DNA of 62,344 bases, counting the filler. It is 9 parts of 9 records of this genome, joined end to end, with 100 filler letters (N's around TTAATTAATTAA, not from the genome) between each part and the next. Parts side by side here need not be neighbours in the genome. Positions count along the whole stretch, not along the records: positions 49,977 to 56,184 come from SRR31147125_108533; positions 56,285 to 62,344 come from SRR31147125_108708; 7 more parts are not named here. The stretch is one strand, 5' to 3'. Positions 50,374 through 60,701 of this stretch are shown here, in pieces. The translations under genes and the position numbers were made by a program. Under the pieces are notes generated by a model, which saw nothing but the letters and a program-made list of their open reading frames with translations, was not told where the DNA came from and searched no databases. How positions within the stretch are numbered: the first letter of the stretch is position 1; each line of letters starts with the position of its first letter.

Positions 50374-51783
50374 CTACATATATTTATAGCCAACCGATGA
50401 ATTGTCCTGTTTGTATTCAATCAGTGCATTCACCACTTTATCAAAAAGTTCCTGTGTTCCGGTATATCCCAAATGCTTAATCCGTTGCCCACCAATACGG
50501 TCATGAATAGGAAAGCCACAACGTACAATTGGAATCTTCAATTCTCTAGCAATATAATATGCCTTGCTGTTTCCAATCATGATGTCGGGTTGGTTATCCA
50601 TACACCATTCGTGGATTTTTTCATAATCATATCCATTTTTTGCAAGAATTTTTTCACCTCGTTCCGGACAGTATTTATTTATTTCTTCTTGTAATCTGCC
50701 ACTTTCACCACCAGTTGCAGCCAAGGCTACATCAATCCCTATTTCATCAAGGAATGTGGTCATGGCTATTACAAAATCTTCTTCGCCATAAACAACAGCC
50801 TTTTTCCCGAATATATATTTGTGCCCATCAGCATAGGAATCAATGAGTCTTCCTCGCTCTCCTTTGCATTTTGCAGGGATATCTTTTCCAGTAATTTGCT
50901 GAAGGGTTTCGTAAAAACCATCGGTATTTTTCACCCCTATCGGGAATGGCAACCGATGGTTTTGCACGCCAAGCTCTTTTTCCAGATAATCTGCACCCGA
51001 ACTCGAAAGGCTTTTACTTTTTACTCTGCCAGACAAACTTCCCAAGTTCAGGATGGTTCCAAATTCGATTGATGCAGCTGCAGTACCGGTAGTTTCAATC
51101 TTTTCAACCGACGTTCCACCTTCTGGAATACGTTTATATGTTTGCCAAATTGGGTTGTCAAGCGTTTCCGAATAGTCGGGAAGCAAAACGAAATCAATAC
51201 CAAAATCATTCAATAAATATTTTAATTGTCGGATATCTTCAGTTGAAACAAATCCAGGGAAAATATTAATGTGCTTGCCTTTTTCACCGCCTTTGGCAAA
51301 GGTTTTTACAGTTGAAGCAACTGCTTCATGAAAACCATCCATATGTGAGCCCTGATAACTAGGAGTGGCAGCTGTGACAAAACGGGGCAGATCTTTTTTG
51401 TCTTTTCCCTCTTGATAATTATGAATATAAAACTTCACATCATCACCAATCGTTTCACTCAAACAGGTTGTGCTCATCGCAATCACCTCTGGTTTGTATG
51501 AACGAATTACATTGTCAATTGCCATATGACAGTTTGCCCCTCCACCAAAAATGGTTGATTCTTCAGAAAAGTTAGAAGAAGCAATATCTACTGGTTCTTT
51601 ATAATGACTAATTAAATAACGGCGAATGTATGTTGCACATCCTTGTCCGCCATGAATAATTGGTACACATCCGCGAATCCCTTTAAATGCAATTGCGGCT
51701 CCCAGTGGAGCACACATTTTACACGCATTGCGTGTTGCGGTAAATTCTTTTGTTGATTTTATGACTGGTGCGTATTCAAACAT
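50374..51783 (-). CDS. nifN: Nitrogenase cofactor scaffold NifN
   Basis: NACKMCAPLG, HGGQGC, TTCLSETIGDD and GFPIHDR, downstream of nifE. Start likely at 51783 (ORF track 51849). Confidence 0.88.
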   Translation of the reverse strand: MFEYAPVIKSTKEFTATRNACKMCAPLGAAIAFKGIRGCVPIIHGGQGCATYIRRYLISHYKEPVDIASSNFSEESTIFGGGANCHMAIDNVIRSYKPEVIAMSTTCLSETIGDDVKFYIHNYQEGKDKKDLPRFVTAATPSYQGSHMDGFHEAVASTVKTFAKGGEKGKHINIFPGFVSTEDIRQLKYLLNDFGIDFVLLPDYSETLDNPIWQTYKRIPEGGTSVEKIETTGTAAASIEFGTILNLGSLSGRVKSKSLSSSGADYLEKELGVQNHRLPFPIGVKNTDGFYETLQQITGKDIPAKCKGERGRLIDSYADGHKYIFGKKAVVYGEEDFVIAMTTFLDEIGIDVALAATGGESGRLQEEINKYCPERGEKILAKNGYDYEKIHEWCMDNQPDIMIGNSKAYYIARELKIPIVRCGFPIHDRIGGQRIKHLGYTGTQELFDKVVNALIEYKQDNSSVGYKYM

Positions 51784-51796
51784 GTTCTTCAAATTT

Positions 51797-51831
51797 TTGA
51801 GTTTCGAGTTTCGAGTCACAGGTTTCGAGTT
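51797..51831. repeat. Five tandem heptamers (consensus TCGAGTT)
   Basis: TTGAGTT TCGAGTT TCGAGTC ACAGGTT TCGAGTT between nifE and nifN. Confidence 0.75.
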
Positions 51832-51855
51832 CTTCTCCCCTCTCTTCAACCTTCT

Positions 51856-53184
51856 CTATTTAATAAATTGCCAAACCGGGCTACAAACAGAAGCATGCAC
51901 CTCTTTTGCAAAATTGAGCATACCCTCAAAGCCTGCCAAAGCTTCTTTTCGCTCGTGATTATGGTCACAAAAACCTAATCCAAGTTTATAAGCAATTGGG
52001 CGTTCCTTAACTCCTCCAATAAAAAGGTCGGCACCGGTTTGTTTCACAAATTCAGAGAGTTCGTTTGGGTTGGAATCATCCACGATAATTGTTCCATCGT
52101 CGCATAAATCTTTTAGCAGGTTGTAATCATCCTGATTTCCTGTTTGCGAACCAACCACCACGGTTTTCATTCCAATTAATCGCAATGCCTTAACCAGAGA
52201 TATTGCCTTAAAAGCACCTCCCACATAAATGGCTGCTTTTTTGCCTTCTACATCCTTTCGGTAAGGTTGCAATGCCGGCAACAATTGACTCAATTCCTCC
52301 CTAACCAATTCCCGGGCTTTCTGCATCATTTCATCCGATTTAAAAAACTTCGCTACTTCGTAAAGAGCATCTGCCATATCCTCAATTCCGAAATAAGAAA
52401 CCTTCATAAAAGGAATGTTATATTTTTCTTCCATTTCTTTTGCCAAGCCAATCATTGAGCCTGAACACTGAACCACATTTAATTGAGCGGTATGTGCTTT
52501 TCGAACCTGATCTATCCGACCATCACCTGTCATGCAGGCAACCAGATTAACTCCCATTTTCTTGTAATACTCCGATAACATCCAGAGTTCACCAGCCAGG
52601 TTGAAGTCTCCCAAGATATTTAAACTGTATTTTGGTGCCTGATACGATTTGTCAGTTCCAATTAATTTTGACAAAGCCCCACATGCTATTTTGTATCCAT
52701 CTTTTTTTGTTCCGCTGAAACCTTCAGCCATAACAGCAATTACATCGATTCCCTTTTCTTTAGTCACCCTTTTACAAATAGCTTCAACATCATCACCTAT
52801 CACCCCAACAATGCAGGTTGCATAAACAAATGCACCTTTGGGCTTATACATATCGATTAAACTAATTAGCGCATTGTAGAGGCGTTGTTCACCTCCAAAA
52901 ACAACTTCTTTTTCTTTTAAATCCGTAGTAAAACTTAGTCTGTGAATTTGAGGTCCCGAGGATAAAGCTCCTCGAATATCCCATGTATAAGCGGCACAAC
53001 CAACAGGTCCATGAATAAGATGCAACGCATCGGCAATTGGGTATAGCACAACCCGCGAGCCACAAAATACACATGCACGCTGACTAACTGAACCAGCTAA
53101 ACTTGCTTTATCGCAAACTATTTGGTTCTGATCTTTTCCTTTTTCAAGGATTTGTGTTCTTCTATCTTTTAATAATTCCTTCAT
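51856..53184 (-). CDS. nifE: Nitrogenase cofactor scaffold NifE
   Basis: SQRACVFCGS, HGPVGC, TCIVGVIGDD, VQCS and CDHNHER motifs. Confidence 0.93.
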   Translation of the reverse strand: MKELLKDRRTQILEKGKDQNQIVCDKASLAGSVSQRACVFCGSRVVLYPIADALHLIHGPVGCAAYTWDIRGALSSGPQIHRLSFTTDLKEKEVVFGGEQRLYNALISLIDMYKPKGAFVYATCIVGVIGDDVEAICKRVTKEKGIDVIAVMAEGFSGTKKDGYKIACGALSKLIGTDKSYQAPKYSLNILGDFNLAGELWMLSEYYKKMGVNLVACMTGDGRIDQVRKAHTAQLNVVQCSGSMIGLAKEMEEKYNIPFMKVSYFGIEDMADALYEVAKFFKSDEMMQKARELVREELSQLLPALQPYRKDVEGKKAAIYVGGAFKAISLVKALRLIGMKTVVVGSQTGNQDDYNLLKDLCDDGTIIVDDSNPNELSEFVKQTGADLFIGGVKERPIAYKLGLGFCDHNHERKEALAGFEGMLNFAKEVHASVCSPVWQFIK

Positions 53185-53280
53185 GATTATTCTTTTTTAT
53201 TAAAGGGGAGACCGGGAGAAATAGCCCCCCTTCTTTTGACATTATGAAGAACGATTGTTCCGAAGTGGGTTTTCCGAAAC

Positions 53281-53305
53281 TCCTTCCCTCTGGCTGAAGG
53301 AAGGA
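53281..53305 (-). terminator. Stem-loop after nifK
   Basis: TCCTTCC...GGAAGGA arms 15 nt downstream of the nifK stop. May step down expression from nifDK to nifEN. Confidence 0.4.
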
Positions 53306-53320
53306 TATCTTTAGTGTGAG

Positions 53321-54702
53321 TTACATCACTAGTTCAAATGATTCCTCAGGAGTAGTTGCATCTTGATGATCCATCAACACACTTAGTATCTTTTCAAGGA
53401 TTCGCATACCACCTACGTAACCTACCGATGGGAAGTAGCTATGTCCAATACGATCAAGAATTGGGAAACCCATGCGAACAAATGGAATACCTTCGTCTCT
53501 GGAAATGTATTTTCCGTAGGTATTTCCAATGATCAGGTCAACTGGCTCCTCTTTAATCCATTGGTGCATTAGGAACATATCGGCTTGAGCCCCGTTTTTA
53601 TATTTTGCTTCCGGACAACGTTCTGAAACTAATGCTTCCATTTTTTTGCTAAAACTTTTTCTGGAGTACCAGAAACTGTATAAACCGGTTTCATATCCAT
53701 ATCCAATAAAAATTCGATTAGCGGAAGAATATTATCAGGATCGCCAAAAACAGCAACACGCTTACCGTATAGGTATTGGTGCATATCTGTAATTGCATCA
53801 ACCAAACGACCACGCTCATCGGAAATACTCTCTGGAATAGAAACTTTTCCTGCGCTAGCCATTGCCTGAATAAAACGATCGGTTGCGCTAAGTCCAATTG
53901 GAAGATCTGTAATGTCGAAAGGAACTTTACATTTATTATCAAGACTAATTGCTGCTTGTTTTGTTCCCCATTCACCTAAGCCAATTGTTTTCATACTATC
54001 GCCCATGCTCACCATTTCAGGAATTGTAGTTCCTCCTTTAGGGTACATTTCGTATTTCCCAGTCATTGGCGTATCCAGTACATCAGACGTATCGGGCAAA
54101 AGAACAGACTTTACTTTCATTAGTTTTGTCAATCTTTTCAGCTCACGCATATCTGATGGCTCTACCCAACCAGCCAATAAGTTTACTTGTCTTACCTTTT
54201 CATCTGTTTTTTCAGCAAAGTATTTTACAATACCTTCCAACATATTGGCGTAGCCCGTAACATGAGAACCAACATAACTTGGAGTTGAAGCCTGAATTAC
54301 GTGTTTTCCCAAAGGAATTTTACCGTCTTCTTTTGCCTTAGCTACAATTTGCCCAAGGTCATCGCCAATTGTTTCAGACAAACAAGTTGAGTGAACTGCA
54401 ATAATTTCAGGTTCATAAACTGAAAAGATATTGTCAATCGAAGTTAGCAAGTTAGACTGACCTCCAAATACAGAAGACCCTTCAGTAAATGAACTGGTTG
54501 CAGCCATTACAGGCTCTTTGTAGTGACGAGTAATTGCACTTCGGTGATACGAGCAACAACCTTGTGATCCGTGGCTATGTGGAAGACATCCATGTACTCC
54601 CAATGCAGCGTACATCGCTCCAACCGGCTGGCATGTTTTTGCCGGGTTAACTGTTAAAGCTTTCCGCTCTTTTACTTTATCTGTTGTATGTTTTAATAAC
54701 AT
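53321..54702 (-). CDS. nifK: Nitrogenase MoFe protein beta chain; 1-nt frameshift at about 53641-53662
   Basis: NPAKTCQPVGA, HGSQGC and STCLSETIGDD. Adding one base gives SGTP(G)KSFSKKMEALV, joining the C-terminal ORF ending FELVM. Confidence 0.95.
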
Positions 54703-54719
54703 CTTTTATCCTCCTATTT

Positions 54720-56184
54720 TTAAGCGTCAATAGTCATACTTCCAACAATCTCTGGCTCATTCTTCCATGGAGTATCTACCAACTTCCAAATGTTTGTATC
54801 CAGCATACGTTGCATTTCTTTGTAAAAATTGATAGCACCATCGAATGCCGTGTACGGCCCACCATAATCGTAAGAGTGTAATTGTTTTAGAGGGACACCA
54901 TATTTTTGAACCACGTATTTTTCTTTAATACCGGCACAAAAAACATCAGGCTTATAGAACTCAATTAATTTTTCAGTTTCCCAGTGGTTCACATCATCAA
55001 TTACCAATGAGTTCTTTTTCATTTCAGGCATCATACCTTCATAATCGCTAAAGTTGTACCCTGATTTTTTCAAGAGACTCTTTCTTCGCTGCCAGATCAT
55101 CGCGGTAATGCGCATCATCTTTACTGACAACCAAGTCTTCAATATTCCGGGTATCTGCATCAATCTTGATGTCTGGAATTACTTTACGTCCTTCATAATC
55201 ATCGCGGTGAGCAAACTCATAACCAGCAGAAACAACATTAATTCCCAGCTCATTAAACAAATCCTGATAGTGGTGAGCACGAGATCCACCAACAAACATC
55301 ATTGCCAATTTGCCTTCAACATGAGGTTTTACTTCTGCTCTTACCAACTCAACTTTAGCGATCTCACGAGCACATATCTCGTCAACTTTAGCAATCAGAT
55401 CTGCATCAGCAAAGTATTCAGCAATTTTCTTTAATGACTTAATGGTTGATTCAGCACCAACAAAGCTTACCTTGATCCATGGAATTCCGTATTTCTCTTC
55501 CATCATTTCAGCAATGTAGTTAATGGAACGGTGACACATTACCATGTTTAAGTCGGCAGTATGTGAATACTCCATGCTTTCGATGGTTGAGTTACCAGAG
55601 AATGTTGATAATAAAGTGATGCCGGCTTCTTCAAATAGTTCTTCAATTTCGAAAGCATCACCACCAATGTTGTATTCTCCCAATAAATTCACCTGGAATT
55701 TTCCTTCGCGTTTACGATCGTTATTACCAACAACGTTTTTAAACACCCCGTTATTCGCAATGTGGTGACCAGCAGACTGAGAAACTCCACGATAACCTTC
55801 GCAGCTGAATCCAAAAATATTAATTCCCAATTCTGCTTTCATCTCACGAGATACTGAATGCACATCATCCCCAATCAGACCAACCGGACAGGTTGAGAAA
55901 ATACCAATTGATTTTGGGTTGAACATTTCATATGCTTCGCGAATGGCGTCTTTCAATTTTGCTTCACCACCAAATACAATGTTTTCATCTTGCATATCGG
56001 TAGAGAACGAGTAAGTGATGAAGTTATCACCTCCTTCAGGAACACGCGTTTGGTTACGACGGGTTAACCATGCATAAAAACTACAGCCAATTGGTCCGTG
56101 CACCAAGTTAATAATATCGCGTGTAGGTCCTAAAACCACCCCTTTACATCCAGCATAGGTACAACCACGCTGCGTAATAATACC
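54720..56184 (-). CDS. nifD: Nitrogenase MoFe protein alpha chain (group II, with insertion); 5'-truncated; 1-nt frameshift at the T6 run 55065-55070
   Basis: QRGCTYAGC, HGPIGC, TCPVGLIGDD, FeMoco ligands MCHRS and QLHSYDY. Removing one A gives SLEKSGYNFSDYEGM. Confidence 0.95.
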
Positions 56185-56284
56185 NNNNNNNNNNNNNNNN
56201 NNNNNNNNNNNNNNNNNNNNNNNNNNNNTTAATTAATTAANNNNNNNNNNNNNNNNNNNNNNNNNNNNNNNNNNNNNNNNNNNN
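56185..56284. other. Artificial contig linker
   Basis: 44 N + TTAATTAATTAA + 44 N. Confidence 0.99.
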
Positions 56285-56600
56285 GTGTCACCACCTTGAT
56301 TCCGGCTATCTCACAGGGGCAGATACTCTCTCCGTCTATATGAGGTACGCCTCCTTCAAAGTCGAGCAACTCTTGAATAACTGCTCCCTGAGCATCGACA
56401 TCAAACAATCCAACCCTGGTTCCCCTTTTCGCAAGGGCAAAAGCAAGATTAACCGCAGTGGTACTTTTCCCGACACAATCTCTTCCAGACACGACAATGA
56501 TCTTGTTTTTGACGAGCTCCATCCGACTTCCGAGGAATGACGCCCCTCCCTCAACCTGCGATGGGCAATTCCGAACAGCGCAGGCTTCACTACTTGTCAT
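56285..56600 (-). CDS. Mrp/NBP35-like P-loop protein with altered Walker A, 3'-truncated
   Basis: VKNKIIVVSGRDCVGKSTTAVNLAFALA..G.RVGLFDVD. Confidence 0.8.
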
Positions 56601-56617
56601 TCTTTTTCTCCACTTTT

Positions 56618-57598
56618 CTATTCAAAACAAAACGTGATGATAAAGTCACTCACCGCTTCGGGATTGTTGATATCAAGTTGAGGCAGATCCGTATCGATCT
56701 TTGTATCGGTTGCAACTGCGATAATGTTTTCGTGGTTGTCACTTAAACAGAGGGGGGCCTTGCCAAGTTCGGCTCGGTGCACTTCGATCCGGTTTGGCGC
56801 TTCGTTTTTCCAGCCCTCAACAACAACCAGATCAACGTCATAAAAGTTATTCGCAATCATCTGCTGAATCGTTGGCTCGGAGTCATGTTGACTGATGACG
56901 GCGCGGTGAGAACCATCGCAAATCGCGGTCACAACCGCCCCCGCCTGGGTCATCCGCCAACTATCTTTGCCCGGCTTGTCAATTTCAAACTGGTGGCCAT
57001 CATGTTTCATGGCACCGACGCTATAGTTCCTTGATGTCAGTTGAGCAATCACGCTTTCAGCCAGAGTCGTTTTCCCACTCCCTGACCAACCACAGAAAGA
57101 AATGACAGCCGGCTGACTTTTTGTATTCTGACGTTGGTATGTTCCGCTTTTTCCGCCCTCTTTGAATTCGAGTACGACATCTTCAACACAAATGCCCTTA
57201 TCCACACCTTTGCACATGTCATAGATAGTCAACGCTGCGAGAGAAGCCGAAACCATAGCCTCCATTTCAACGCCCGTCTTCTCATAGGCCTTGACTGTTG
57301 CACGAGCTGTTATCCGACCAAACTCCTCTTCACATTCGAAATCAATGGCTGCGTGATGAATGGCCAACGGGTGCGACAGAGGGATCAGGTCAGGTGTTTT
57401 TTTGCTGGCTGCGATACCCGCCAACCTTGCAACACCAAGCACATCACCTTTACGGGTATCACCGTCCAGAATAGCCCTGAGTGTGTCTTTCTGCATCACA
57501 ACACTTGCTCGAGCAACCGCAGTCCGCATGGTCTTATTCTTCGCGCTGACATCAACCATGACAGCACGACCCTCACCATCAAAATGGTTAAAACTCAT
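56618..57598 (-). CDS. moaC: MoaC-MobB fusion
   Basis: MVDVSAK, KGDVL, LIPLSHPL, TGVEMEA and IYDMCK, followed by GWSGSGKTT, KHDGH, GKDSW and VEGWK. Confidence 0.92.
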   Translation of the reverse strand: MSFNHFDGEGRAVMVDVSAKNKTMRTAVARASVVMQKDTLRAILDGDTRKGDVLGVARLAGIAASKKTPDLIPLSHPLAIHHAAIDFECEEEFGRITARATVKAYEKTGVEMEAMVSASLAALTIYDMCKGVDKGICVEDVVLEFKEGGKSGTYQRQNTKSQPAVISFCGWSGSGKTTLAESVIAQLTSRNYSVGAMKHDGHQFEIDKPGKDSWRMTQAGAVVTAICDGSHRAVISQHDSEPTIQQMIANNFYDVDLVVVEGWKNEAPNRIEVHRAELGKAPLCLSDNHENIIAVATDTKIDTDLPQLDINNPEAVSDFIITFCFE

Positions 57599-57969
57599 AC
57601 GGTTTCCTCAGCAAAAAATTCCTTTTTTGTCACAGCTTCAGCTTTAATTCTGTCAAGAAGCAGGGCTAACGCGGGCTTAACATTTTCGCGAATATCCCCG
57701 GCGACAACAAGAAAAAGGACATCATCTCCAGGCTTCATCAAGCCACTGCGAGCTTCCAGAACAATTTTATAGATACCTGGCATTCCCTCGATTTCCTGGC
57801 GAATCTGCTCAGCCTTAGCCTGGTCCACCGCAATATCGATCTTTTCGACAGTGGAATGGTCACCACGTGACCAACCTCTGACGGTTCCATTATGAATAAG
57901 AACCATCCCGACATTTTCTGCAAAAGCTTTATCCTGCTTCATTCTTTCAATTGTTTTTGAAATATCCAT
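57595..57969 (-). CDS. moaE: Molybdopterin synthase MoaE-like protein (short type)
   Basis: GMVLIHNGTVRG, VAGDIRENV and IKAEAVTKKE. ATG 57969 follows AGGAGA. Confidence 0.85.
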   Translation of the reverse strand: MDISKTIERMKQDKAFAENVGMVLIHNGTVRGWSRGDHSTVEKIDIAVDQAKAEQIRQEIEGMPGIYKIVLEARSGLMKPGDDVLFLVVAGDIRENVKPALALLLDRIKAEAVTKKEFFAEETV

Positions 57970-58017
57970 GATGTCTCCTATGTATTTAGTTGAATCTGAC
58001 GATCGAAAACTCGTTTG

Positions 58018-58033
58018 TGCAATATCCGCACCC
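58018..58033 (-). promoter_or_regulatory. Possible sigma54 promoter for moaE-moaC/mobB-mrp
   Basis: GGGTGCG-GATA-TTGCA (GG-N10-GC), about 50 nt upstream of the moaE ATG. Confidence 0.35.
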
Positions 58034-58446
58034 CAAAAATGCCAAGATATTTTTTTCACCATTATGCTCCTTAATAGCCTATTCAAGGCCTATTCTCTCA
58101 TTTTCATAAAATAGTTTTCTTCATCTATCCCTGGATTATCTCCTTTAAGTATCCACATGGAAAGTCACAGAACGCACAGCCATATTATTTTGAGACGCCC
58201 TAATCTCAAATTGGGACGAATTGTAAGGAAATGTCGCTCTTCCGATCTATCTTCTTGTTTGAAACACATGTTCAAAACATTTCATTCCAACAGGCGAACC
58301 TCCTCTATCGCAGGAAATCAGCTACTTAACCCTCAAGGGGCTGATGTCTTCCCGACCGTTTTATACTGAAAAAACTCTTGGCTTGTTTTTTGTAATGATC
58401 AGCGACCAGAACAATTAACACTGAATTAACAACTGAAGGACCGGCA

Positions 58447-59472
58447 ATGAAAAAGCTCAAGATAACGGAAGCGATCGGTGAGACCCTCGGTTACGACATC
58501 ACCGAAGTCAATCGCAGCAATCAGTATAAAGGCGTGGCGTTTAAACGAGGCCACATTATTCGTCAAGAAGATGTCGACAATCTCGCCCGACTGGGGAAGC
58601 ATCATATTTATGTCTGGGAAGGTAACGAGAAAGAAATCCACGAAGACACCGCAGCTCAATTGCTGGGCCCAAAAATCGCTGGAAAGAACATCTGCTTCGA
58701 CGAGATCCCCCATGAGGGTAAAATCAGCTTTTATGCCGAGCAACGTGGCCTGTTCAAAGTCGACATAAAACGCCTTGAGCGAATTAATGCCCTGGCGATT
58801 CCCTCGCTACCAACCATCCATAATCACTTCCCGGTCGCCAAAGGGAAACAGGTTGCTGCCTTTCGGATTATCCCACTGACCTGCTCACTGGACCTGATTG
58901 ATCAGATCCAGAACCAACTGGACACACCGCTGCTGTCCGTGGTGCCTTACAAGGTCAAGAAAGCCTCAATTCTCGTCACCGGAAATGAAGTATACAGCGG
59001 CCGGATTGTTGATGACTTTACGCCATTGCTCACAGAGAAGCTGAGCAAATACTCCGTTGACGTGAGCTACTCAACCATCCTTCCTGACCAGAAAGATCAG
59101 ATCAGCCTGGCGATAAAAAAAGCCCTCAAGGAAAGTGATCTCATCCTTTTAACCGGAGGAACCTCCGTCGACCCGGATGATGTCACCGTCTCCGCCATGA
59201 AAGAAGCTGGGATCACTTTTAAAAACCAGGGGAACCCGATTCAACCCGGCAACAACCTGACCATCGGCCGCGCAGGAAAAACAGCCATTTGTGCGGTTCC
59301 AGCGGCCGCCCTGTTTTTTGATAAAACCGCCCTTGATATTTTTCTGCCCCGCATACTGGCAGGAGAGACAGTCACGCCTAAAGAAATCACCAAAGCCGGG
59401 CACGGTGGGCTGTGCCACTTCTGTCCAACCTGTCGCTACCCGATCTGTCCATTCGGCTGGGGGACTTGCTGA
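58447..59472 (+). CDS. MoeA-like molybdopterin-binding protein with C-terminal 4-Cys motif
   Basis: FKRGH, HEDTAA, TGNEVY, TGGTSVDPDD, PG and GGLCHFCPTCRYPICPFG. Confidence 0.88.
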   Translation: MKKLKITEAIGETLGYDITEVNRSNQYKGVAFKRGHIIRQEDVDNLARLGKHHIYVWEGNEKEIHEDTAAQLLGPKIAGKNICFDEIPHEGKISFYAEQRGLFKVDIKRLERINALAIPSLPTIHNHFPVAKGKQVAAFRIIPLTCSLDLIDQIQNQLDTPLLSVVPYKVKKASILVTGNEVYSGRIVDDFTPLLTEKLSKYSVDVSYSTILPDQKDQISLAIKKALKESDLILLTGGTSVDPDDVTVSAMKEAGITFKNQGNPIQPGNNLTIGRAGKTAICAVPAAALFFDKTALDIFLPRILAGETVTPKEITKAGHGGLCHFCPTCRYPICPFGWGTC

Positions 59473-60680
59473 TGAACGCTGTCAACTCTCTCCCCCTGCC
59501 GGACGCCCAACAGACGTTGATCAACGCGGCTCAACCATTGGCCACAGAAGTGATTCCGAGCCAGTCGGCCGCAGGTCGCGTCCTGGCTGAAGACATCACC
59601 ACCGCGCACGCCTTCCCCGATACGAGGAGAAGCGCTGTCGATGGTTACGCTATCTGTGATGCCTCCCAGACAACACATACGATCGTCGAGACTCTGGGAG
59701 CTGGAGAACTGACGTCCACAACGCTGCAGGAGGGTCAGGCCGCCGCGGTTATGACCGGTGCAACCGTCCCAGATGGCAGCCAGGCGGTTGTCCGGGTCGA
59801 AGATGCAAGCGTACTGGAGCAGACACTGACACTGAATCAAACGGCTCAAAGCGGCGACAACATCAATCGCGTTGGTGAAGAGACGTATCGGGGTGAAACA
59901 GTCCTTACCCGCGGTATGCGCTTAACCCCGGTCAGGCATAGTGTCCTGTGCTGCACCGGTCAGTCAGAGGTCAAGGTTTACCGGCTGCCTCAGGTTGGCA
60001 TCCTGATTACCGGCGATGAAGTCCTGCAGTTAGGGCAGGTTCATCGCCCCGGACGTGTCTATGACAGCAATCGGCACTTTCTTGTCAGCACTCTGGCTCA
60101 GCTTGGTATTCAGGCAACTGTCCTCGGCCCGGTCAAAGATGATGAGGAAACTATCAGGTCCAGTGTGAGCACACTGGCAGAGACTTGTGACCTGGTAATC
60201 TCATCCGGAGGCGTCTCGATGGGCAAGTACGACTTCATCCGGCCCCTGCTCCACTCCAACAGATTCGATGTTCTGGTGAACCGGACAGGGATTAAACCGG
60301 GTCGTCCGCTCATCGTGGCCCAAAAAGAAGAGACACTCTTCTTCGGGATGCCGGGGTACCCGGCGGCCTGTCTGGTGAACTTCTTTTATTATCTGCTGCC
60401 GACCGTGAAACAGCTTATGGGGATGACAGAGGTTTTACCCCGAACACGAAGCGTTCAGCTTGCAGATGATCTTAAGGGGCGAAAGGGGCGCTGGGATATT
60501 ATTCGTGTCAGGCTTCAGGCTTCAGATGAGCACGAGCAGGCGCGCAAGCTGGACAGTCAACTGACATCGCACTTTTTAAACTTTGGTGTCAGCGACGGCC
60601 TGATCCTGCTCGATGGTCAGACAGATCAACTCGCGGCAGGAGAGACCGTCCCGTTTCTCGATTTCAGCCTGCAATTCTAA
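59472..60680 (+). CDS. moeA: Molybdopterin molybdotransferase
   Basis: SAVDGYA, MTGA.VP, TGDEV, YDSN, SGGVSMG..D, KPG and MPGYP. ATG overlaps the upstream TGA. Confidence 0.93.
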   Translation: MNAVNSLPLPDAQQTLINAAQPLATEVIPSQSAAGRVLAEDITTAHAFPDTRRSAVDGYAICDASQTTHTIVETLGAGELTSTTLQEGQAAAVMTGATVPDGSQAVVRVEDASVLEQTLTLNQTAQSGDNINRVGEETYRGETVLTRGMRLTPVRHSVLCCTGQSEVKVYRLPQVGILITGDEVLQLGQVHRPGRVYDSNRHFLVSTLAQLGIQATVLGPVKDDEETIRSSVSTLAETCDLVISSGGVSMGKYDFIRPLLHSNRFDVLVNRTGIKPGRPLIVAQKEETLFFGMPGYPAACLVNFFYYLLPTVKQLMGMTEVLPRTRSVQLADDLKGRKGRWDIIRVRLQASDEHEQARKLDSQLTSHFLNFGVSDGLILLDGQTDQLAAGETVPFLDFSLQF

Positions 60681-60701
60681 AGACAACCAACGGATCAGGA
60701 T

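Noticed and set aside
53641-55070. Programmed frameshifting or pseudogenisation of nifD and nifK
   Set aside because: Both are one-base indels in homopolymers, all cluster ligands are intact, and the same error type occurs on unrelated contigs.
9948-56284. Eight identical TTAATTAATTAA motifs flanked by N runs, as a repeat family or CRISPR-like array
   Set aside because: Fixed 44N-12-44N format with stops in six frames, and genes are cut at each one. This is an assembly linker.
57970-58446. Moco/Wco riboswitch or small ORF (58157-58369) in the long intergenic region
   Set aside because: Only a short ATCAGC/GCTGAT stem is seen and I cannot match the riboswitch consensus by eye. The ORF lacks an RBS and motifs. 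An Infernal/Rfam scan would decide.
59467-59474. TGC-TGA at the end of the MoeA-like gene, as Sec readthrough
   Set aside because: The TGA overlaps the moeA ATG (TGATG coupling), and no SECIS-like hairpin is evident.
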